Of a DNA stretch of 37,478 bases, positions 9,733-16,613 are shown one piece after another. Below the pieces are notes generated by a model. That model ran no database searches. It saw only the letters and a program-made list of their open reading frames with translations, and was not told the DNA's origin. Within the stretch, counting starts at the first letter, position 1, and every line of letters begins with the position of its first letter. The DNA is from Alkaliphilus sp. (GTDB taxonomy: Bacteria > Bacillota > Clostridia > Peptostreptococcales > NVVX01). Both the position numbers and the translations under genes were made by a program. The stretch covers positions 22,040 through 59,517 of the forward strand of contig NVVX01000014.1 of the NCBI GenBank assembly GCA_002733545.1, read 5' to 3'.

Positions 9733-10052
9733 GTCTTTGACACTTGCAGAAAATCTAAAAACGCTACAAGTCAGTTAAATGGCTATTTTTTTTGCCTTTT
9801 TTGTCAATTTTATCGCTCTTTTTATTGCGTACCTTTTCATGCTGTGGTATAACGTAGGTATGGAGGTCGATATTTATGAGGTTAAAGATTTCAAAGTCTA
9901 AAAATGCTTCATCACTTTATGTCATTAAAGATATTAATGTAAAAGGTAAACGTACTACAAAAATTGTTGAAAAACTTGGGACTGTTGATGAGTTAAAGAA
10001 AAAATTAGATTGAGCAGAACTTATTTTCTTGTTATGTCAAGTTTGTCAAAAG
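9733..10052 (+). mobile_element. IS1634-family-like insertion sequence remnant
   Basis: Left end GTCTTTGACACTTG, degenerate complement CAAGTTTGTCAAAAG at 10038-10052; encloses a truncated transposase N-terminus with a GGAGG RBS. Confidence 0.55.
9876..10013 (+). pseudogene. Truncated IS1634-like transposase (45 aa)
   Basis: MRLKISKSKNASSLYVIKDINVKGKRTTKIVEKLGTVDELKKKLD* resembles the N-terminus of Firmicute IS1634 transposases; no DDE domain remains. Confidence 0.7.
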
Positions 10053-11648
10053 TTAATTGAGGATTATGCTGTACATCATCATTAAAAAAATAAATATAAC
10101 TAGCAAAATATTAGCGTTTTGAAACGAAATATCAAACCGTCTAATATTTTTGATGATTTTAGAGTCTTTACTTACAAAAAAGTAATGTATGGCATATGCA
10201 AATATAAAATTTATTGAGAATTTCAAAAGGTTTATTGCAAAGCCTATATTTGAAGTTCTTAAATTTTTCATATCAAGTGAATTAGATTGCCATGAAAAAT
10301 ACACTCCTGTCAAAATTATAACTACAATAACTAATGCCAATGATATGTTTTCTAATAAAAATTTCTTTTTTACACGCTTCCCATATCCAAAGAATATTTT
10401 AGACATTTTAATATATATCACTATAGAACCAATGTTGATAACGTTATGCATTATGACAGCAATATGATTACCTCTAAATCCTCCTTCAATCATGTTTTTA
10501 CTCATTTGTATAGTAGTAAATGGAGAACCTATAATGACTAACATCCCTATAATAAAGAAAAAAGAAGTAACTGGAAGTCTCTTAAACACTCCTCTAATTT
10601 CAGAAATTTTACTACTCTTATATTCTTTGATAACAATTCCTGCTGCCATGAAAAGAGAAAATTTTACCAATGCGTGGTTAAGTATATGTATAATACCACC
10701 ATTATACATCGTTTCTTCAAATCCACTTATTCCTATTAGTATAATTCCTACATGTGTAATAGTTGAAAAACCAAGCATTTGTTTAATATCATTTTGACTA
10801 ATTGCAAAGATTATGCCTAATATAGTGGTAACAAAACCTAAAGTCATAAAAAAAACTGTAAAATCATGCAAATTGAACATTTCGCTCAACCGAATAAAGC
10901 CGTATAATCCTGACTTTACAAGCAAACCTGAAAGCAAAGCCGATATTGAATTTGGAGCCGCACCGTGGGCTCGTGGCAACCAAGTATACACTGGGAAAAA
11001 AGCAGATTTAACGCCCATACTTACCATAAAAAAAATATAAGCTACGACTATAAAACCTTCACCTTTTATTATTTCTAATGCTTCTCTGATTGCAATCATA
11101 TTTAGTGTCCCTGTTGTTTTATATACTATGATAAGTCCTATTAAATATAGCAAAATTCCGACTGAATTGAATAATAAATAGTACAATCCCGCTTTAAGAG
11201 AGAACCCATCTTTTTTAAATATTATTAGTATGGATGATATCACTGTTGCAATTTCAATAAAGACAAAGAAACTAAATATATCGTTAGATTGAATTAATCC
11301 CAAAAATACGCCTTGTAGAAACAAGAGAAAAAATAAAAATACACTATCATTTTTTCTTTGTCTCCAATCATAAATTAAAACTACCCACCACAAAAATATT
11401 GAAAGTGAAACAAATAAAAAAGATAACAAATCATTTCTTAATGCAATACCTATGTTCTGATGCCACCCTCCTATTTGCAAAATATGAACTGATTCTACGG
11501 ATAAAAAACCATAGTAATTAATAACTAAATATGTAAGTGTTGTTTGAGATATAAACACACTATAATTAACTAATTTACTTTTGGAAATATACACAATAAT
11601 TGCAGTTAAGATAGGAATGGCAATTATATATATTGGGATTAGTTCCAT
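10053..11648 (-). CDS. mnhD: Mrp/Mnh antiporter subunit D-like (proton-conducting membrane transporter, NuoL/M/N family)
   Basis: Very hydrophobic 531 aa; FVFIE, GVKSAFFPVYTWLPRAHGAAPNSISALLSGLLVK, DIKQMLGFST, NHALVK motifs. Confidence 0.88.
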   Translation of the reverse strand: MELIPIYIIAIPILTAIIVYISKSKLVNYSVFISQTTLTYLVINYYGFLSVESVHILQIGGWHQNIGIALRNDLLSFLFVSLSIFLWWVVLIYDWRQRKNDSVFLFFLLFLQGVFLGLIQSNDIFSFFVFIEIATVISSILIIFKKDGFSLKAGLYYLLFNSVGILLYLIGLIIVYKTTGTLNMIAIREALEIIKGEGFIVVAYIFFMVSMGVKSAFFPVYTWLPRAHGAAPNSISALLSGLLVKSGLYGFIRLSEMFNLHDFTVFFMTLGFVTTILGIIFAISQNDIKQMLGFSTITHVGIILIGISGFEETMYNGGIIHILNHALVKFSLFMAAGIVIKEYKSSKISEIRGVFKRLPVTSFFFIIGMLVIIGSPFTTIQMSKNMIEGGFRGNHIAVIMHNVINIGSIVIYIKMSKIFFGYGKRVKKKFLLENISLALVIVVIILTGVYFSWQSNSLDMKNLRTSNIGFAINLLKFSINFIFAYAIHYFFVSKDSKIIKNIRRFDISFQNANILLVIFIFLMMMYSIILN

Positions 11649-11652
11649 CTCA

Positions 11653-11985
11653 TCACTCCGTTTCCATCAGTTCTTTCCAATTAATTGTTCCGTAATGATG
11701 AAATAATTTTATGCTCATCATCAATAGCAATGATGTAACTGATGCACCTATCACTATAGTTGTAATCATGAGTGCTTGTGGTAGAGGATCAACCATCATA
11801 TTAATTTCACCAGGTAAGATTGGCACTTTTGCATTTTTAAAATTTACTAGGTCTAAAAATAGTAGAATAATCGAGCCTTGAAGTATATTTAGAAATATTA
11901 TTGATTTGATAATGTTTTTACTCACACATAATCCATATATAGACAAAAATATAATGAAAAAGCCTAAAACAATCGTTATTTCCAC
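11653..11985 (-). CDS. mnhC: Mrp/Mnh antiporter subunit C
   Basis: KNIIKSII and DPLPQALMITTIVIG signature. Confidence 0.92.
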   Translation of the reverse strand: MEITIVLGFFIIFLSIYGLCVSKNIIKSIIFLNILQGSIILLFLDLVNFKNAKVPILPGEINMMVDPLPQALMITTIVIGASVTSLLLMMSIKLFHHYGTINWKELMETE

Positions 11986-12390
11986 TTACTTTCCCTCCTC
12001 TACGAACAAACTAAATATTAATGTTAAGCCAGAAGCTACTTTTAAACCTATTAATAGATTAATTGAAACTAAGAAATACCTTCTTATATTTTCATGATAA
12101 TCTAGTGGAAAAAAGTTTGTTAGTATTTGACCTCTTGTAATCAAACTAAGTGAGGATATGATTAGTATTGTGACAAACAGATATTTTTCAAATTTAGTCA
12201 GTATTTTCACGTTAGTTTCATTGTAATGCTTGATGAATAGAGTTGAAAGAAATGCAGTTGCTAAAACTACTCCACCTTGAAATCCTCCTCCTGGACTTCT
12301 GTCACCAAAAATAATTATATAAAAACCAAATAAGAGCATTAATGGATATAATATGCTACAAACAGTTTCAATTATTTCAGAATTTTTCAT
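11986..12390 (-). CDS. mnhB: MnhB-domain subunit
   Basis: YIIIFGDRSPGGGFQGG motif and IGLKV C-terminal helix. Confidence 0.9.
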   Translation of the reverse strand: MKNSEIIETVCSILYPLMLLFGFYIIIFGDRSPGGGFQGGVVLATAFLSTLFIKHYNETNVKILTKFEKYLFVTILIISSLSLITRGQILTNFFPLDYHENIRRYFLVSINLLIGLKVASGLTLIFSLFVEEGK

Positions 12391-12413
12391 GCTATTACCT
12401 CCAAAATCTAATA

Positions 12414-12671
12414 CTAGTCATTTCTTTGTACCATAAACAGAACTCCAGTTGCTGCAATTAATAATAATGCTGCTTCAAATATTGTATCTAGCAGTCTGTA
12501 GTCTAAGTAAACAGCAGCGACTAAATTTTTAGAGCTAGTTTCACTAAATGCATTCTTCAACAAATATTCACGCGTAAACTCATTAGTAAATTTACTAATG
12601 TCGGTTAGTGAAGTAATTGTATATATAAATATAAAAAGCAATAATAAGATAATTATTATCTTTTTACTCAT
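12414..12671 (-). CDS. Small membrane subunit (MbhE-like / MnhB N-terminal part)
   Basis: NLVAAVYLDYRLLDTIFEA matches the NxVxAxxxDxRxxDTxxE motif; start at 12671 or 12680. Confidence 0.85.
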   Translation of the reverse strand: MSKKIIIILLLLFIFIYTITSLTDISKFTNEFTREYLLKNAFSETSSKNLVAAVYLDYRLLDTIFEAALLLIAATGVLFMVQRND

Positions 12672-13218
12672 TACTTTCATCTCCTAGCAATTTTAATAAC
12701 AAAATATTATCATATTCCCGTATCATCGCATCTAGTTTGTTTAGCAGGAGACTACTCCTTCTACCCTTCAAAATATACACGTCGTTTTCTATGTCTTTTT
12801 CAACGATTAAATCTACTGCTGTTTTTTTAAAAATACCAGTTATATTTTGTTCAAATTCAAAGTGGTTGTCAAAAATAATTGTCAAATTCAGCTTATAGCT
12901 CTCTGTGAATTCCTTCAAGATAGCATATCCATACCCACAGAGCTCTCCTTCTTTGGAGTTAATAAAATCGTCATTCACCTTACTAATGACTACATACTCC
13001 TTTTGCTTAGATATTGAAATGATGAATATCAAGGGCAAAATTGCACTCCCAATTGCAATCTCGGCTAAAGCAACGTCAGGTGCGTTGTTATAAAAATATA
13101 AAAAGGCAAGAATCAACGAAAAAACTGAAAAGAAAACAATAGTATTCAATATCTTTTTTTCTTTTATTATAATTATTACAATTACCAATATGGTAATATA
13201 TAATATAATCTCAGACAT
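12664..13218 (-). CDS. DUF4040/MbhD-like membrane subunit with soluble C-terminal extension
   Basis: APDVALAEIAIG motif; start re-called at ATG 13218 behind a GAGGTG RBS. Confidence 0.85.
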   Translation of the reverse strand: MSEIILYITILVIVIIIIKEKKILNTIVFFSVFSLILAFLYFYNNAPDVALAEIAIGSAILPLIFIISISKQKEYVVISKVNDDFINSKEGELCGYGYAILKEFTESYKLNLTIIFDNHFEFEQNITGIFKKTAVDLIVEKDIENDVYILKGRRSSLLLNKLDAMIREYDNILLLKLLGDESNE

Positions 13219-13219
13219 T

Positions 13220-13519
13220 TTAGACACCTCTTTTTTCTGCAGGATAGAGTGGTAGTCCATTATCATAAGCAGATTTTACTATCATATGAGTACTCACAGG
13301 ATTGCTTATCATAAAGAAAAAAAGAACAACAAATAGTTTAAGTGTTATTAGTTCAAATCCTGTTCTAATCATAATTGCAAAAATTATTGTAATAAAAGCT
13401 ACTGTATCAATTTTACTGCTTACCAAAAAACGTGTGTAAATATTATGGAATCTAAACAGTCCTATTATTCCAAAAACAATGTATATCCACGACAAAATTA
13501 AGAGTCCTTTATATATCAC
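13220..13519 (-). CDS. mnhG: Mrp/Mnh antiporter subunit G
   Basis: GLFRFHNIYTRF...KIDT...NPVSTHMI. Confidence 0.88.
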   Translation of the reverse strand: MIYKGLLILSWIYIVFGIIGLFRFHNIYTRFLVSSKIDTVAFITIIFAIMIRTGFELITLKLFVVLFFFMISNPVSTHMIVKSAYDNGLPLYPAEKRGV

Positions 13520-13776
13520 TTATGTCTCCCCCCAGTACGAACAAATTTTGATAACAAGGCAATGCAAAGAAAGCCGATTAAAGCAAAAGTTATAGCAATA
13601 TCAATGTAGAACATGTTATCTGTTTTAACGCCGTATATAATAATAACCAACACAATTTTTGCATTAATTAAGTTTAACGAAAGCAGACGATCCCATATAG
13701 TTGGACCAAGAATAAGTCTTACCATAGTTATAATTATTGCAGCTATAAGAACCCAATACGTTATGTTAATGAACAT
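13516..13776 (-). CDS. mnhF: Mrp/Mnh antiporter subunit F
   Basis: RLILGPTIWDRLL and YIDIAITFALIGF. Confidence 0.9.
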   Translation of the reverse strand: MFINITYWVLIAAIIITMVRLILGPTIWDRLLSLNLINAKIVLVIIIYGVKTDNMFYIDIAITFALIGFLCIALLSKFVRTGGRHK

Positions 13777-13830
13777 GTAATCATTCCCAATCTAGAGAAA
13801 TTTTATTTGTTTTATTGTTTTAGACTTCAG

Positions 13831-14304
13831 TTAAAAAAAGAATCTTTGAAATGTCTTCTTTATATCTTCTGCAATCAGTTTGCCATTTTGTTTGTCGTCT
13901 TTTATTGAAAGAACTGTCAACAGGCTACTTTCTTTGTTTATTGTAATGGTTCCAGGAGTTAACGTAATAGAATTTGCAATTAATGTTACAATGTATGGAT
14001 CTTTGATATCTAATTTCAAATTAAATATTATAGGCTCCTCTTTCTTTTTAATAATCATAGGAATTAGATGAAAAGAAGCTAAATATATTTCATATATTAG
14101 AAACAAAAAATATTTGACCATTTTAAATAATGAAAGATCAAATATTTTTATAGATTCTAAAAAAACATTCTTAGATAGATAGATTACCAAAAAACATATT
14201 AGTAACCCTATTAACGCGTTTTCTATTGAAAAATCCAAGCTAAATAAAAACCAAAAAGTATAAAGAAAAGCTAATAAGTGCAAGTGTCTTATTTGTAGTT
14301 TCAT
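13831..14304 (-). CDS. mnhE: Mrp/Mnh antiporter subunit E
   Basis: LIANSITLTPGTIT signature; start re-called at ATG 14304 behind an AAGGGGTG RBS. Confidence 0.9.
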   Translation of the reverse strand: MKLQIRHLHLLAFLYTFWFLFSLDFSIENALIGLLICFLVIYLSKNVFLESIKIFDLSLFKMVKYFLFLIYEIYLASFHLIPMIIKKKEEPIIFNLKLDIKDPYIVTLIANSITLTPGTITINKESSLLTVLSIKDDKQNGKLIAEDIKKTFQRFFF

Positions 14305-14386
14305 TTTGCAACACCCTTTATGTATGGTATTTTCAAGACAGTCCATTTCTGCAATTAACATTTAAAGTATTTAATTGATACTAAAT

Positions 14387-14415
14387 ATTATATAGCAATG
14401 TATCCCTTTTTACAA
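14387..14415 (-). promoter_or_regulatory. Probable sigmaA promoter of the mnh operon
   Basis: TTGTAA, 17-nt spacer, TATAAT on the minus strand, about 80 bp upstream of mnhE. Confidence 0.6.
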
Positions 14416-14557
14416 TGATAAAACTGTTTGTTAATTCTTTGACTATTCTTTCAATTGCAACCGAAAAGTATTATGATATAAGTATAAGTAATTGTAATAG
14501 TAAATTAATATATTTAATGGTTATTCAAAATAATCTTATTGTAGTCATTAACCACCT

Positions 14558-14767
14558 TTGAAAGGTTTGCCAATGATTACTTCATGTAGTCCTGGATGGA
14601 TAAATTATATTGAGGGTTTTCATCCTGATTTACTCGAACATCTTTCAACCTGTAAGTCGCCCCAACAAATGTTTGGTGCTCTCTCCAAAAACTATCCTAG
14701 TGGATGCATTGGTGGTGGTGGACAACCTATCAGTTCTACTAAAAAAATAGTCACCAAATGTATATAA
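14558..14767 (+). pseudogene. Internally deleted [FeFe]-hydrogenase H-cluster fragment
   Basis: LPMITSCSPGWINYIE...LSTCKSPQQMFGA (L1 motif region) is joined almost directly to PSGCIGGGGQP (L3 motif); L2 and all other domains are missing. Confidence 0.8.
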
Positions 14768-14793
14768 GTTAAAAATTTAACCTGAAACACATC

Positions 14794-14842
14794 TGTAGCT
14801 TCGCAAGCTTTTTTGCAAATTTTCGCAACTTATTCTGCAAAA
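14794..14842 (+). repeat. Predicted prophage terminus with two tandem 22-bp transposase-binding sites
   Basis: TG at 14794-14795, then CTTCGCAAGCTTTTTTGCAAAT (14799-14820) and TTTCGCAACTTATTCTGCAAAA (14821-14842), i.e. positions 6-27 and 28-49 from the end as for Mu R1/R2. Confidence 0.75.
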
Positions 14843-14850
14843 ACACCGCT

Positions 14851-15885
14851 TTATTCAACTTCTTTATTCTCTCTCGTAAGCACCAAATTCTCTAACAGAC
14901 TTTCTTTAAGTTTTTTCGTATCCGCAAAGTCTATATGACCCATATACCCAGCCATAACTCTTTTTACTTCTTCTAATGTCATTTCACCTTTTCTATATTT
15001 CTCGCCTATAATCTTTAAAACCTTCTTTATCCTTCTTTTTGTCTGTGACTTAATAAGAATGTGAGTTGACCACACCCTATATCCTAAAAATGTTACACCT
15101 CTATTAGCTGGGAAAACTTGCGTTTTGCTGTTTGTTTTCAGGTGCAATTCTAAGTCTATATAATCCTCTATACACGCTCTTGTCTGGTGCAATTCTTCTT
15201 TGTTCGAGCCGAGAATAATGAAGTCGTCCATGTATCTTATGTAGTATTTAATTCCTAAGTCTTCTTTCGCAAAATGATCCAACTCGTTCAGGTACGTATT
15301 TGCTAATAATTGTGATGTCAGAGCCCCAATCCCTAGCCCTTTAATCCCTTCGTTGATTTCTATGATCAACTTTAGTAACCACAGCAGGTCAGGATCTTTT
15401 ATTTTCTTCTCGACAATTTGGTATAGAGTTTCTTGAACAATCGAAGGAAAGTATTTTGCAATATCAGCCTTCAAACAATAAACTTTTCCAAACTTTTTTT
15501 CTGCTTCTTTCAGATTATTTTGGAGCTTCGTAACTGCTGCATGTGTCCCTTTGCCTTGTCTACACGCATAATTATCGCTTATAAATGTATCATCGAATAT
15601 AGGCTCTATTATGTTGTTTATAGCGTGATGCAGGACTCTGTCGTAGAAAGCTGGCGCAGAAATCAGTCTTTTCTTTGGAAAATAAGAATAAAAATCTCTA
15701 ATCGGTCGCGGTTTGTATGTTTTCCAAATGAGTTCATTCTGTAAATTTATTAGGCTTTCTTCAAGATTTTCTGTGTATTTTAAAACTTCTCTATCATATC
15801 TTTTGTTTTTTCTGGCCTTTAGGTACGCTAGATGCAAATTTTTAAAATCGTATATTTTTTCATATAGATGACCATGTCTTTTCAA
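14851..15885 (-). CDS. DGR reverse transcriptase
   Basis: KKRLISAPAFYDRVLHHA, YACRQGKGTH, LKADIAKYFPSI, GLGIGALTSQLLANTYL (DGR-type GxxxSQ), YIRYMDDF, FLGY. 344 aa with no maturase or endonuclease domain; TTG start. Confidence 0.96.
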   Translation of the reverse strand: MKRHGHLYEKIYDFKNLHLAYLKARKNKRYDREVLKYTENLEESLINLQNELIWKTYKPRPIRDFYSYFPKKRLISAPAFYDRVLHHAINNIIEPIFDDTFISDNYACRQGKGTHAAVTKLQNNLKEAEKKFGKVYCLKADIAKYFPSIVQETLYQIVEKKIKDPDLLWLLKLIIEINEGIKGLGIGALTSQLLANTYLNELDHFAKEDLGIKYYIRYMDDFIILGSNKEELHQTRACIEDYIDLELHLKTNSKTQVFPANRGVTFLGYRVWSTHILIKSQTKRRIKKVLKIIGEKYRKGEMTLEEVKRVMAGYMGHIDFADTKKLKESLLENLVLTRENKEVE

Positions 15886-16049
15886 TGCCTACCCCCTTTT
15901 TTTTAGAGCGGACGTTCTTCGAGCAAGTGCCTACCAAACGCCCTCTCAGATACTGCATGTATTTACCTCTACAGGAAGGTGATAAACCCCTTTCTCTTCG
16001 TGCACTGGATGCAGACCCATAGGTCTACATCTTCTGGCTTTGAAGACAG
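15886..16049 (-). ncRNA. Structured spacer of the DGR template RNA (between TR and RT)
   Basis: Hairpin GATGTAGACC-TATG-GGTCTGCATC (16031-16008, one G-U pair) and a second stem GGGCGTT...AACGTCC; position equivalent to the BPP-1 spacer. Confidence 0.6.
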
Positions 16050-16157
16050 AGCGGAGCGAAACCCGATGTTCGTGTTCACGTTCGAGCGAACGTTGTTCAA
16101 ATTCAACGCGAAAACTCCAGCACTGGACGAATTGTTCCAATTGCCACCACGTAACGG
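16050..16157 (-). repeat. DGR template repeat (TR) with IMH*
   Basis: Core 16056-16157 aligns without gaps to 16635-16736 with 12 mismatches, all at TR adenines; nine AAY codons in the target frame. Confidence 0.97.
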
Positions 16158-16180
16158 CATATACGGTCTACCACCTGTGC

Positions 16181-16549
16181 TTAATTGCTCTTTTTTATCC
16201 ATCCCCCTAGTATTCTGCCAAGTTCTGCTATTTTCTCAGATATGTTTTTGTACTTGTTGAATGAAAGAAAAGGGCTTCCGTTCGCCTTGCTAGTCAACTC
16301 GCTAGCAAGGCGGAACATTGTTTTTAGATACTGTAATTCAATGTCTATATCTCTTAAAGTTGTCTTTTTGTGATACTTTTTACTAGCCGCAATGAGCATT
16401 TTAAGAATGTTATGCATGCTATTTTTTATATCCGCTGCCATGGTATGCTTTTCGGATTTTGGAAACTCACCTAAGCAAATGTAAACATACCTAATTAAGT
16501 CGTACATCTTTTGTGTTATGATCATTGACTCGTGTTTTTCTTCTGTCAT
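16181..16549 (-). CDS. avd: DGR accessory variability determinant (Avd, four-helix bundle)
   Basis: Basic 122-aa helical protein with FPKSEK and ELGRILGGW motifs, between the target gene and TR. Confidence 0.92.
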   Translation of the reverse strand: MTEEKHESMIITQKMYDLIRYVYICLGEFPKSEKHTMAADIKNSMHNILKMLIAASKKYHKKTTLRDIDIELQYLKTMFRLASELTSKANGSPFLSFNKYKNISEKIAELGRILGGWIKKSN

Positions 16550-16564
16550 TTCTCACCTCGCGCT

Positions 16565-16586
16565 TGTCCTCGCTATCGCTCAGACA
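16565..16586 (-). promoter_or_regulatory. Candidate DGR target-recognition hairpin downstream of VR/IMH
   Basis: Minus strand TGTC-T-GA-GC-GATA-GC-GA-G-GACA, about 28 nt after the target stop codon. Confidence 0.6.
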
Positions 16587-16613
16587 TCAGATTTCATGTT
16601 TTCAGATACCATA

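Noticed and set aside
14799-14842. GCAA-containing repeats as a CRISPR array
   Set aside because: Only two adjacent 22-bp units, with no spacers and no cas genes; they fit transposase-binding sites better.
14851-15885. RT as a group II intron, retron or Abi/defence RT
   Set aside because: No maturase or endonuclease domain; the GxxxSQ motif, adjacent avd and TR/VR pair identify it as DGR-type.
15946-16260. ORFs 15969-16202 (-), 15946-16140 (-) and 15979-16260 (+) over the TR
   Set aside because: The 77-aa ORF is simply the template repeat read in the target frame (Asn-rich copy of the VR) and the others are alternative frames; TR acts as RNA.
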